NCBI GenBank assembly: GCA_964187785.1
Contig: OZ076421.1
Span: 7,192,001 to 7,256,000, forward strand
Length of the DNA stretch: 64,000 bases
From: Amphiscolops sp. MND2022
Taxonomy: Eukaryota
Direction of reading: 5' to 3'
The first letter of the stretch is position 1. Each line of letters begins with the position of its first letter. Positions 48,830 through 61,825 of this stretch are shown here, piece by piece. Position numbers and translations under genes: made by a program. The notes beneath the pieces were generated by a model. It did no database searches, was not told where the DNA came from, and saw only the letters and a program-made list of their open reading frames with translations.

Positions 48830-49743
48830 TTGTTACAAGATACTCTTTGTGAAAAATGAGCACTTCAAACCGAAAAGAAAATGTTACGGGGTAGTCTCAA
48901 CTGAACAGTCCTCTACAGATCTAAAAACTAATTCACGCATAAAAGCAAAAAAGGTGCAAGAAAGCAAGTTTGAATAATTACTGTTTCCACTCCCTTCTGA
49001 CTTTCTTCGGAGTGTCAATGATTTGGATTTACAGCATTTTTCAGCGTTTTATGTGGTATATCAGAAACGATATGCATAAGAATTCAATTAGAAAGCAAAC
49101 GAAAACTTTCCGCTGCACTGAAGCGAACGCCGAACTACCTCAAAGTGTTTCTGGCTTTTTTGACACAGTGCAATTTTGGTGAGAAAAAATTGGCTAAGAG
49201 ACTTGGGATTTTTATGTTTTCAGTGAGGAAAATCAATTTGTCGGTCTGAAGAATTTCTTTGCCAGATTTTTTAAATCTCTCTCAATACTTGATCTCGGGC
49301 ATATTTCAAGGACTCCGCTTTTTCAGCTTGAAGTGGGGTGATGATTTTTACAGTTAGGGCTTGTGGTCTATTAGCAGCTGCGACTATAGTGCTAAGCGCA
49401 AATAAGTAGTAGTTCTTGAATGAGTCTTTGAAGCACGAGTGAAAGAACTGATTTAGTCAACGTGAATTCTTTTTCACCGCGTTACTACTTTCGCTGTTTC
49501 AACGTTTTCACATTTCAACAATGTCAATTCAAGGTTATTCCATGCTAGCTGATTCGAGTATTGAAAATGCGATGCTTGAACTGGCAGATGAACATGAAAG
49601 ACAAATGTAACATTTGAATTCGTTCAAATTGGAGAATTGTAATTTTACAATTTCATTCAAATGAAGTCTTTTCTGAAGTTTTCATGTTTTTCTAATTTCA
49701 TTGATGCACGCAGTAACATTAATCCGTGCTTCAAAGGAAAGCT

Positions 49744-49943
49744 GGATCTTTTCTGTTAATTCCCCCCCACAGTAAGCGCGGAAATTTTAATTCCCCACCA
49801 CTATCAGCGATGAGTTTCAGTTGCAGTTAGAGTTATAAAATACTGCAATTTGATTGGTTGTTACTATTAATTCAATGATAATTTCTCTTGGCCGCCTAAC
49901 TGGGGGGGATTAAATTGGTGGGGGGAATTAACAGAAAAGATCC
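49744..49943. mobile_element. Second copy of the 8-bp-TSD MITE
   Basis: 24-bp TIRs GGATCTTTTCTGTTAATTCCCCCC / GGGGGGAATTAACAGAAAAGATCC; flanks GGAAAGCT and GGAAAGGT (7 of 8 match). Confidence 0.88.
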
Positions 49944-49990
49944 GGAAAGGTTTCACATGTTTCGTTTGTTCAAGCATTGTCACGATTTCG

Positions 49991-50964
49991 GGGAGACAAG
50001 AATTCGGACTAATGAAATAGGACTAATAATCAAAACTGAAATAGGACTAATGGAAATAGGACTAATTCTTTTTTAGTGCCGCCTTAGAACTAATGGAAAT
50101 AGGACTAATTGAAATAGGACTAAAACAACTTTTGGCACGGAAAATTTGCAATTACGTAGATCAAATTAACAAAATCACGACATGTTCAAATGTAAACATC
50201 CAACATAAAAGTGGTACAACAAAAAAAAACGCAGAAGCGGATAAAAAAACATGGCAAAAATTCAAATTTTGTAGTAGTACAATGAAAGTAGTACAAAAGT
50301 AACGTAATACAATGAAAGTAGTACAAAAGTAACGTAATAAAATTGATCAACATAAAATTATTACAATCATTATTTTTTCCTTCCATTGATTCTATAAAAG
50401 TGTCAGATCTCAAATCATTTCATTCAAGATTACAATTTTACCTTCCGTAATTGTCTCACAAAATTTTCAGTACTCTCCCCTTCTAAATTTGGGGCATATT
50501 CGGTGTATGCACGCTCGCCCTCACCGTCGCAAAGACCAGCTCCCACTACGATCGCTTCGCGATCTCCGTTCCCGCTAGGTCTTTGCTCCTGTTCGACCTC
50601 GCTTAGCAAGATGGAAACATAAACGGCCCCAAGGGGCCGCGGGGCACTAGAGGAAATGGGGAAATATCAAAAGCACGTTTTATACTTTGAAAAACTTTAG
50701 ATTTTATTCCTTTAGATACTCTTCCGTTCTCCCCTTGGGTCTCATTCCGCATTTTAGGTCTTATTCTCACTTTTTTAGTTCCAATTCCCGTAACAAATTA
50801 GTTCTAATTCCTGTTTTTAGTTCCATTTCCCGTAACAAATTAGTTCTAATTCCTGTTTGAGAAAATACGAAATTAGTTCTATTTCACATGAACGTTCCAG
50901 AAATTTTGAGCATGTTAGTCCTAATTCCATTAGTTCAATTTCTTTAGTCCGATTTCCGTTTCCC
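49991..50964. mobile_element. Mutator-like non-autonomous element with subterminal GGACTAAT arrays and 9-10-bp TSD
   Basis: TSD CACGATTTCG at 49981-49990 and 50965-50974; TIRs GGGAGACAAGAATTCGGACTAA / TTAGTCCGATTTCCGTTTCCC; repeated AATAGGACTAAT and ATTAG(T/C)(T/C)CTAATTCC units. Confidence 0.8.
50624..50650 (+). mobile_element. Helitron-like 3' terminus (GC hairpin followed by CTAG)
   Basis: CGGCCCC-AA-GGGGCCG hairpin (50624-50639), 7-nt spacer, CTAG (50647-50650), at the end of a GC-rich island starting near 50505. Confidence 0.45.
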
Positions 50965-51394
50965 CACGATTTCGTTCATGCATATGTCAAGCATTGAAGT
51001 TTAGCAGTTGATTATTCAACGTTGAATACTACGTCGAAAAATTGTTCATTGCTTCACTAACTTCGATTGTGACCGCTGCGGAAAAGTAAAGCTAAGACTA
51101 AGAAGCCGGTATATTGGGGAGTTAATTCAGGGAAAATCAAACCATCTAAAATCTTCGAGAGTGGCAATTGAAAAAATCTAAAAAGTCTCGCAGTGCGGAA
51201 CTGGAGATGCTTTTCTTCAAGTAGAACAAACAACCAAAAAAATGAAAACAGTTTAGGGAAAGAAAAAATCGCTATCAAAAACCCAAGTTTTGCTGAAAAA
51301 AAACTTTTTATAAGAAAGACAGGAAAGAAATTTCACAGTGTCAAAAATTAAAAAAGGACCCTTTGGCCTGGTCTACGTTTAATGATGCAAAATA

Positions 51395-51465
51395 GGGTTG
51401 GACCAGCGCGGGATTTGAAACCACCAACACCTGCGTCCAAGCTTCGAATGCTATCTACCAGTTTT
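51395..51465 (-). repeat. Degenerate tRNA-derived (SINE-like) segment
   Basis: B-box-like GGTTTCAAATCC on the minus strand (plus 51411-51422); no complete cloverleaf. Confidence 0.35.
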
Positions 51466-52535
51466 TGTTAAATACGCATGAGTTCAAGACCTAAGTTAAA
51501 TGCGAACAAGTATCAAAGATGCTAGAGTGTCGCAGTCTGCCGCCTGCGATGGCAACAGCTACCAGATTGTCCCCAACGAGATAAGCGATATAAATTTGCC
51601 CACTGGGGTGCTACCTCTGTAGAAGGAAGAAACTACAGGTCCGCACAAAACTGCTCTGTTAAATATGATGCCGATATAAACTATTTTAGTTAGTATTTAG
51701 GTTATTTTATGGACCATCGGTCCACCTGTCCTAAGTAGACATACTGTCAAATTAGTATCCTAGAGCTGATCATTTATACCAATTACTTGCGTACTCATTT
51801 GTTTTTATGTCCTTTGTCATGTAAACCAAATTACCGTTGAATTTCATTAAAAATTTCAATCTGTAAAACAACTAAGAGGCAGTAACGAAACGCGCTTGAA
51901 CTACGTCACAGTTATTCTAATCAACGCGTAGTCATTTCTGGCCTCAGCCAATCAGCTTTCAGTAAGCTTCTCATTCGCTTGTGCTACACTGTGCTAATTC
52001 TTTTAGTTGCCATTAGCTAGACGGACTACCAGTCCGTCACATATGAAATACATGTAAAGTTCATGTTAAATATCATTTGTGCAAACAAATAATTTGACTG
52101 TCACAAACCGCTGGTAGTTAGACTTAAAAGGCGTGACGCCTTCCCCCCCCCCCCCCGAGCTATTTTAATCCTAGTTCTATGAAATGTAGCTAAATATAAA
52201 TGTGACGTAACCGTGACGTCATCCCTCAAGGGCTTTTGCCCAGATTTGTTGCTATTTTTAAATACATGACACTAATAAATATGCGTGTCATGCTTTTCCA
52301 ACTATATTTTGGGAGACCGTTAGTCCCCAACAACACAATCTGACGCTACTTGACTCAATTCGCTCATCTTTTACTCTATAACCACATTCACTCTGAATAC
52401 AAATTTGGGCTTAAGGTCCACAGATACTTTGCTAGACCCAATTGAATAAATATTTTGCTTTGTTTCTGTTATACCCAGTTCAGTTGAAATACCTTGATAC
52501 AAACAATAAATTATTGTTTGAAAGGAGACTTTTAA

Positions 52536-54242
52536 ATGCCTTCCACAAGAAAGCAGAAAGCAAAGGAAAAGCGGTCAAGGCAATCAGACGTAATGACTGA
52601 TCTTGAAAAAATGAATGACATGTTGGGAAATTACCCGGAAAATCAATCAGACGTTGATCTGAATGAAAATGTAGAAGTGGACTCAAGGTCCAATGGGACA
52701 AGGACCGACATGATCAAGAATTGTGAGGATTTTAGGACGTTATTAATTTCAGAAGATAGAAATAGATGTGAAACGACAATGGAAACTAATAGACTCATTT
52801 CTGAGGAAATATCTTACCACTTGAATAGGAAAATAGATGAACTGAAAAGGAATTTTGACACACAAATTACAGAGTCTATTAACTCTGCAATTCATGATTC
52901 AATCCTTCCTTCAATCCAAAATTCGTTGTCAGGACAAAATAGCGGGGTAGGGACAAATGTGGACTCAAGGTCCAGTAGACTAAGCAGGAACACCGAAGGC
53001 AAAAAGCACCAAAGTGCTTGGGAAAATACACAAAATAGAGTACAGTCAAACTTAGACAATCATCACCGTTCTAGAGATAGCTCAATAAGCTCATTGGACT
53101 GTAGGGATGATCATGCTATGGTGACAGGAGCCAACCCTACCCCTCGTATGGTTCCTGAATTTCTTACTGGGCGACCCACACAATCCCGAGATAACCCGCA
53201 AAACCAAGGCCCCGTAGATCCTATGTCTCCTACCACGTCACCCCAAGACAAGGAGACTATGGTTCCCAATCCGGCTATAGACCCTCTCACATGCCTTGCT
53301 GATGTTTTAACGGGTATGACCAATAAGCAAACCCCACAAACACTCATGGTACGACCCGTCAGCACAACTACACAAACTTTTGACGGGAAATCTGAAAAAT
53401 TCGAACTCTTTGAAGATCTTTTTCATACAATGATAAAAATGTAACCAGAAATGACTGAAACAATGAAGATTAACCACTTCCAATCCCTCTTACGTAAAAA
53501 TGCACTACAAACCTTTCGTAATATCAACTCCGCCAATAGGCAGACACTGGAAGTCGTCCTTGCGGTCTTCCGACGAAAGTACGTCAAGCGGGAATCTCAA
53601 GCCACTGCCAAACACAAATGGCATAAATTAGTGTTCGACCCCAACACTATGAAACTTCCAGATTTCCTTGAGGAACTCAACCAGGGAGCAGAAAAAGCGT
53701 TTGGCGAAAAAGCCCAAGCAATGATCGACAGCTTCTTATACGCCAAACTGCCCCCCAAACTCAAGAGATCGGTAAATATGACACGGCTTGAGAACGCCTC
53801 ATATGAAGAGATCGTTACCCATTTGGAACGCGAACTAGAACTCAACGGACTTGAGGGAGGTGACGACATTACTGTACCTACAATGTCTACTGCCCCTACA
53901 GCGACACGACCGGGAACTGGCCTCCTTTCTTCCAGCATTGATCCCAATGTCACCTGCAACTACTGCAAAAAACCTGGCCACGTCAAAGATGACTGCCGAA
54001 AACTCAAACGAAAAGAGGAACAAAGACGCAACGACGGACAGGATAACAAAAAAGAATATCCAAAATGTCCAACTTGCGACAAAACAAACCACCCGGCGGA
54101 ACGATGTTGGAAAGGCGCTGGAGCCCACCTCAAGCCCAAAAACCTCAAATTGGAGGACGCAAAACAAGATGATGCGCCCACCATCTCATATGATACTAAC
54201 AACAAGCAACCCTCTTCTATCTTAAAAAACTCAAAAAACTAG
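52536..54242 (+). pseudogene. gag of element 3 (long N-terminal extension, capsid-like region, two Cys/His knuckles), one in-frame stop
   Basis: MPSTRKQKAK...; TAA at 53442-53444 in frame with 53451; FDGKSEKFELFEDLF; CNYCKKPGHVKDDC and CPTCDKTNHPAERC. Confidence 0.9.
54233..54239 (+). promoter_or_regulatory. Candidate -1 ribosomal frameshift heptamer A AAA AAC at the gag end
   Basis: TCA AAA AAC TAG puts AAAAAAC in the correct X XXY YYZ phase right before the gag stop; pol starts downstream in another frame. Confidence 0.55.
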
Positions 54243-54606
54243 ATTTGCCACGACTCCAATTTAATGAAAAACTACGTGTCAGACAGTATATAATTTCTGA
54301 CTCTGCTACTATATTCTACACTGAATATTATTCAACACTTAGGGGCATCTCATCGGCTGACTGGCAGCAGCAAATGAGAGTCACCCCTACTCAATTTTGT
54401 ACTTCGGACCTTAGGTCCAACTGACTTGACTCGACTTCATACTCCATCCGTCCTCTCCCGGAGATACTAGACTAAAACCCCTATTATCAAGACCCGGATT
54501 ACGGCACTGACCCCTACTGGGACGATCGCCTCTACAATCAACATCATCTATATTTTTATACCAACTTCAACAAATCCCGCTAGAAATCGAACCTGATTGT
54601 CTCGCC

Positions 54607-57600
54607 ATGGACGAGGTTCTCAATGGAACCTTGACCAATGCGTCAGTTGATCCCTGGCAAACAACACCCAGTCCCTGTGCCTTTCCAGCACCACTTCGCC
54701 AGGACAATCCGTTAACCAATTTCGACCAACAGGTCTCTTTGACGACGGCCGTCGAGGCGCGATTCGCGAATACACTGGTCACCAGACTAGGCGAACCAGA
54801 ATATGTGCCGCTGACTACCAATCTGGGACTCAAATACAAACGACGAATGCTCCAATTTCCAATGGATTTTGGCGAACTTACATTAGATGGCCTTGTAGAC
54901 ACGGGAGCCCTATCTAGCGCAATCCCCGAATCTGATCTACGTAAAATTCGATTATTAGCCCCTCAGTCAATTGTCAAAGAGGGCCCAGCACCAAATTGCC
55001 AAATAATGGTAGCCAACGAGCAGCTAGAGACTCCAAAGAGCACTGTCGAATTGAAGTTTGAGGTCGGCGACATAGAATTTCACGAAATCTTCATTGTCAT
55101 GGAAAAACTCACAAGTCCATTGATTGGCCTTTCGTTCCTACAACGAAACAATACCATACTGGACATGCGTCAGGGAGTCCTAAATTTCCCGTTTTTCTCC
55201 ATGGAATTAAAAACGGCGGATCACAAGTACACCAACGTCATGGAGCCTATATGTACTCAGGAGGATATCACAATTCCTCCCAATGATAGACAGATATTCT
55301 TACTGACATCCCAGATGTATGATGATACCACGGTAACTGGTATCCTTCAACCGAGCAATGCACTCACTGAGAATGGTGACGTCGCCTTTTGTGCGGCGTT
55401 GGTCACATTGACCGCAGGTTAAGTTGAGATTCCTCTGAATAATTTCACTGACCACCCTTATACTCTCAAGAGAGGTTCGCAAATCGCTAATTTCTCTGTC
55501 ATGACTCCAGGGCAGATGAAATACGTTAAACCAATTGACCCAGTGACCACATGGCACCTCTTACAGGACGACCCTGAAAATGCTGCTATCTATGTCAGCA
55601 GCTTGATTAAATCTTTTAAACCCGAGAATTTCCCAGACAATTACTGGTTCCCCACTCCAGAAGACCCAGGGGACCCGCAACAACATACGCCTATTCAAAG
55701 ACGCATTCTGGAGGAATTACTCAATCTCCAGGAACTTGAACAATTAAACTCTCAGGACGACCCTGAGTCCAGACGACGATTCCTGACTAACTTTGACTGG
55801 ACAGACTCAATGCTCCAACCACATGAAATTACACACATTGAAGACTTACTTGTCGAATTTCACGACATATTTGCACGACACTGCTTTGACATTAGCATGA
55901 ACGAGGAATTTACGGTTAAACTTACGCCGAAAGACGATTCCCCGGCCTATAGCCAAAGCTTACCAACACCCATCAATCTCAAGGAAGACATCCTCGTTGA
56001 ACTACCTTTACTACAACGCTATAGGATTATCACAACACTCCCATTTTCCAAATATGCCAGTCCCATTTTTGCACAAGAGAAACCAAATGGCAAATTGCGA
56101 CTATCAGTCGACCTTCGGAAAATAAACAACCTCATTTCGGATGACTATATCAACAATAATCATCCTGTCAGTACGCTAAGTGATTCAGCTCAACACATGG
56201 CAGGCAAAAAATTCTTTTGCAAACTAGACTGTTCACAAGCATACCATTGCCTGCCAATGGCAGACCAACGGTCCATTGAGATGTTGGCGTTCAATTTCGC
56301 TAGCAGAACTTTCGACTACCGCAGATTAGCCCAAGGCCTCAGCCGTGCATTATCAGCCTTTTCCAGCTTCATGCGAGAATACCTCGACAAAGATATTAAA
56401 GCCGATCAATGCGCGCAATACGTCGATGATATTGGCATTGCCGCCAATGATGCAGAACAACTTATCAAAAACCTCCGGGCCACTTTCCAATGCATTAGAC
56501 ATGCCGGCCTGAAGCTCACTATGCACAAGTGCCATTTCGGAGCAACGGAAATCGACTTCCTGGGTCGAACCATCAATCCGGACGGCGTACGTCCACAACG
56601 ACCACGAGTCCAAAATTTCCTGGAAAAAAAAACAAAATTCCCAAAATCAAAGAAGGCATTACAGCGCTACCTGGGACTCTTCAACTATCATCGAAATTAC
56701 ATTCCTAGATTATCCGAAAAACTAACATCATTTTTCAAGTTGCTCACTAAAGACGAGAAGGTCATGGTAACCCCGGACCTATTGGACAAATTCTCCGAAA
56801 TTAACAAAGCTCTCGATCGATGTTGTGAACTAGCACTTAAACAACCTCTGCCCAACAAGCAAATCTCCTTGATGACTGATGCGAGCTTTACAGCAGCCGG
56901 ATACGCAGTTCTCATTGAGGACGGTCCGCTTGAGAAATTTACATCAACAAGGAAGGCATACGCACCGGTTGCCTACGGCTCCAAGACCTTCAGTCCCGCA
57001 CAACTCAAGATGTCCATTTACGCCAAAGAATTCCTAGCAATTTTCTTCGCATTCAAAGAATTTGGACACTTTTTCTGGGGAACTCCAAAACCGGTGATCA
57101 TACTAACGGACAATAAGTCAGTCACAAGATTTTTTCAAACAAAAATCATTCCACCGTCCTTAAGGAACGCGTGTGACTATGTTATACAATTCAATTTCAC
57201 TATTGCCCACATTCCTGGCAAGAATAACAGCCGCGGACTACCTGTCCCGCCTGGAAATCTCTCCTAAAGAGAAGCTGATCCTTAGAATTCGTGAAGATAT
57301 ACCAACAACACCAATTGAACTCCATGTCCAATCGGCCGGTGCCGCCGAGGAAGAACAAATATACTACACCGACGATGACGATGAAACTGAAGAACAAATC
57401 TGGCAACGAAAGCAACTGGCAAGAGAAAACCCCTCCCATCAGTCACCAGATATATCGTTTGAAAAATTTAGCATCCATCACAGCAACGTGCAAAGACTTT
57501 CAATCTGCCAAAAATTGACTAACATCAACACTGTAGCCATAGAACAAAATTACGACGTCATCTTACAGCAACTTAAACTCAAATTACAAAAAGAAGAGTA

Positions 57601-59278
57601 CTCTGAAACAATCCTCATACAAGATATTAGATACCAACACTACATACGTCAGTTGGACCGCCTGTCCATTCAGAACGACATCATCACCAGACAAAATTAT
57701 GATAAAACAGGAAACGTCAAATACAACCAAATACTCTTACCTAAACACCTAGTAAATGAACTACTCGAATCACTCCACGGAAAAACAAATCGACATCCAG
57801 GCATTGCCAAGATGCTCCAAGAAATACGATGTAAATATTACTACCCGGGGATAGCAAAACTAGTCCGCAAATGGGTAAATGGATGCGAAACATGCATTAA
57901 AGACAAGAGAATCAGCAATGAATTGATAACTCCTGAGCTACTAAATCTACCGGAATGGACCTTAGGTCCAGAAGACGCAATGCAAATAGACCTCTTACCG
58001 AACCTCCCGCCAAGTGACGGATACGAGAATATTATTACCGCTATGGACGTCTTCTCGCGATATCTTTTTGCCTACCCGGTCACTGACGCATCAGCAGCAA
58101 ATACGGCCAAGGTTATTTTTGACATAATGACCAAACACACCTATTTACCGACAACTTTGATAACCGACAAAGGATCTGCATTCACTTCGAAATTGGTAGC
58201 TGAAATTGCGCAAATACTGGGAATTCAGATTCGTTGTGCGACGACAAAACACCCGCAGACCATAGGGAAATTGGAGAGAACTCATGCCAGTCTCAAAACA
58301 AATCTCAAAATGGCCTCAGGGGAGTATAGACGTCAGTGGCATAATTATTTACCCTTAGCGGTACTAAACTACAATACATCATACCATTCGACATTGGGCT
58401 GTGAGCCTTCAAGGATTTTTCATGGCAGAATACCATACAACATTCTCGATCACAAATTAGGACTCAATCCAAATCCTACCATCTTACCAACGACTGACTT
58501 TGCAGAAGAATTTCAACGTCGAACGCAAATTTTACTTGATAATACGAAGAAAAACATCATGCAATCCTACTTAAAATATAAGGAATATTATGACCGGAAG
58601 GCTAAAGCCTCACTTTTAATGCAAAACGATTATTGTTTTATACTGCAACCTAGAGCTGATCATCAAGGATCAAAAATCCCATTTAGAAAATTTAGATGGA
58701 TAGGCCCCTATGTCATCGAACAAGTCCTGCCTAACGAGAACTATATTGTGCGCAAACTCAACTCTAACAAAACACATATTTTACATCGCATTCGCCTCCG
58801 AAAATATGAACCCAACGTCCCGTTACGTGATGAACGACCCGAAGGCAACTTACAGCCGGATGAAGAAATTGTTATTCCTCAAGATGATCTATACGTTATC
58901 ACATGGGAAACCAATTTTAACGACCTACAGGCTGATCATCGTAATGAGACCTACGATCAAAACAATGAACGAACTACTAATAGTAGTGATGCCAGTGAAG
59001 CTGTAGAGCAGCCTGACCAAATTTTAACAGATGTGGACCCTCGGTCCACTGGACGTACGATGACTGACGAAGTTTTCCCCAACCCCATATCACAAGAAGG
59101 TGATGCTCAATCTTTTCATGATGATAAAACTCCTTCAGGGGGGAGCGATACTATCGTGCCCGAAGTATTAGAAAGCGAAGATGATGATATGATTGTAGAA
59201 AATGAACGCCCTAGGGGAGGAAAATACAACCTACGACCAAACCCCACCCCCAACTTCACTGATGAATACAGATATTAG
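54607..59278 (+). pseudogene. pol of element 3 (PR, dUTPase-like domain, RT, RNase H, integrase with GPY/F motif)
   Basis: LVDTGA; YVDD; MTDAS, YAKEFLA, TDNKS; HGKTNRH...CETC; QIDLL, ITDKG, KLER; WIGPY. One in-frame TAA (55420-55422) and one frameshift (~57225). Confidence 0.93.
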
Positions 59279-61085
59279 CCAGATACATTTATTGCTGGTC
59301 CCCATTTACTATTTTGACTCTGAAACCAATCTGACTTTAGACTCAACTACAACACAAATACAATAATGAAAGACAAACAAAATATACAAATAACTACAAC
59401 AAAGTCAAAAGTTTAGAAGTGTACATATGTACGCTATATACAATTAGTCCTTACTACCACTCTGACGTAGACTCTTTGCAGACTGATCAACTTCAGCATC
59501 GCATAATAGCTGAGTGGGACGTGCAGTTTTAGCTGAAAAGCGAAGGGACTTAGGGGGCGACTGGAATTGGGAAGTACTTGCAGACTTCTCCTTGCTGCCC
59601 CTAGCGTGGAATCTATCATCAGGATCAAGTTTTGATAAAATATCAGCTCGCCCGAACTGATCCATTCCCAGCCAAGGGTCATAAGTATCACTGAGGGCCC
59701 CCCGACCGAAAGTAGATTCTAATTCAAGAAATTCAGAAATTGAAGACTCTGAAGTAACAGCTTCCATGTAAACAGGTACGAAACTAAAATACGATTGGAC
59801 TGGCAGGATTACATCAATCAGTTTGCTGGCGTAATTATCCGTATTGACTGATCCAAATTTAACTGTCGGTAAAAAGCGGAATGGTTCATCGAGGCAAAGA
59901 CAAGCCAACTTGAAACAACGTAACAATAATGGACGGGTTTGAATGGAAGTTTGTCCCATAATGAAGGTAATGGTATCCGGAATAAGTAAAGTGGGCTAGT
60001 CGAACTCGGAAAATTTGACCCTGAGTTCGTCAACGTAAGACAGATACTCCTCTTGTGCTTGAGTCTTTTCAGTGGCGACAAAGTAACCACGAAATCTAAA
60101 TGACATGAACAATTTGCTAAAACACTTGTTAGCTAAAGCAAGAGGAGAATGCAGCAGAATCTCCAGGTCGAAGCATCCCAATCCTTGCGCGATAATAGTA
60201 GTAAAATCAAAGTGACTACGGGTCTCTTTGAACAAATGCGTAACGTAACTGCGCGGTATTCTGCCATAATCTTCACGCGCTTTAGCAGTCAACTCTTCAA
60301 GTGTCTTCTTTTTCTCGCCCTTCTGGTCATGAAAATCTACTTCCGCTTTCATTTTACAAGCATGGTCCAACTTGGCTCCGAACTTCAGGCGATTGAGGAA
60401 AACAGTGACGCTCAAGGCAGGGGCAACGTTTATATCTAGGTCTGGGATGTCTGCGGGATCGTTCTCCTCAGGAAGGGCGCTCGGCAATACAATCCGTTTC
60501 GCAAGCTTGCGAAGGTACAGACACAGTTGTCTGAAAGAGTAGAATGCCCTGTCGCGTTGTCCATTGAGGCTGAGTGAGAAATTGGTTGTGTCTAAACAAA
60601 AAGGATTAGTCATGCATTGAATGCTTAATCTCAAAGTAAGAGAACAGTCTGGTACAAGCTCAAGTCCCTTCGGTCTTATATCCCAAAGTAACCCTAAAGA
60701 ACATTTACACGAAGGGAAACCAAAACTACTGCATTGCAAATAACCCCATTACTGTCATTAAGATTCACTAATAAAGGAAGAAAATCTCAAAGCACTAACA
60801 ATCACGGACTAGTTTGTGGAATAACTCGAGATGGCAGGTGAAGAAATCATCGTGAATGATTGACCATTCAAGGCTCTGGGGCTGAAATGAAAAGAACTGT
60901 TCACAAGACGTACTATGGACCAGAAGGCTGATAGGGAAAGGACTCCCAACCTGGCTACGAACTCCTTGCATTTGTTGTTGTACGGCATGTGCTGTGAGGT
61001 ATGTTGTGACAGCCTTCCAGTTCGCAATTAATTCCTGGTAGAGGGCTGGCACAGTTACGACGTCAAGTCGACTTGACTTTATGGC

Positions 61086-61125
61086 CTAAATCGAAAGTAA
61101 CAAATTGTAGGTGTAATTAACTTAC
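61086..61125 (-). other. Predicted 40-nt GT-AG intron in the antisense gene
   Basis: GAC|GTAAGTTAAT...TTCGATTTAG|GCC joins NNPVVD to AIKSSRL...NW in frame. Confidence 0.58.
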
Positions 61126-61640
61126 GTCGACAACTGGATTGTTAAAGGTCCTAACCTTGACTATTTCAGGGGTGAGTAAGATCCACTCCAAATATAAACT
61201 TCCCCCAGGCTGATAACTAGATAATGAAGTACAGAGAAAAAGTCTATACGACCAAACACACTGTAGCTGTCCCGATGCATTAGGCGTTTGATCGCAATAT
61301 CATCAAAGGTGGTTGGTCTTTGTACTCCGTGGTTGGTAAGAGGAGAGTCGTCAACTAGCTGAACGAAGTTCTGGGTGGCACCGGAGCAACACACTAAATC
61401 TGCTTCTGATGATATAGCAGCGAGCAAGGTAGACAGCAGACGCAACTCAGCTGCACAACGTCTGGTGGTACGCCCGGTCCTTTGTAGGTACACTCGACAG
61501 AGCCTGTCCTTCTTCCAGAACCGAACGTGTAGAAGGAGGAACACGCCCTGGACTTCGAATTCAATTGAATATTGACCATCAGTGAGGATGTCATTGCCAA
61601 GTTTTGGGACGACTTGTTGAAATAGATGATGAAACAACAC

Positions 61641-61825
61641 CTAGAACAAATACAATCCGGTGACCACATTGTAGTACTTGACTTGGCAACCCTAAACTTT
61701 GAGGTAGTGCCAACTGATCCTTGACTCCAAGTCTGCTTTACCTATGGTGACCTAACTACTATTCAATGGTAGTATTGAGTACCCAACTAGACAATGAGTA
61801 TATAAGCCAGATGGAGACCACTCAC
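61641..61825 (-). other. Predicted GT-AG intron (185 nt) in the antisense gene
   Basis: Donor TCG|GTGAGT at 61825 and acceptor TTGTATTTGTTCTAG|GTG at 61641 join AKLS to VLFHHLFQQ in phase 0 and remove stop codons. Confidence 0.72.

Noticed and set aside
51395-51465. Functional tRNA gene
   Set aside because: Only a degenerate B box; no convincing A box, acceptor stem or cloverleaf. Treated as a SINE-like relic.
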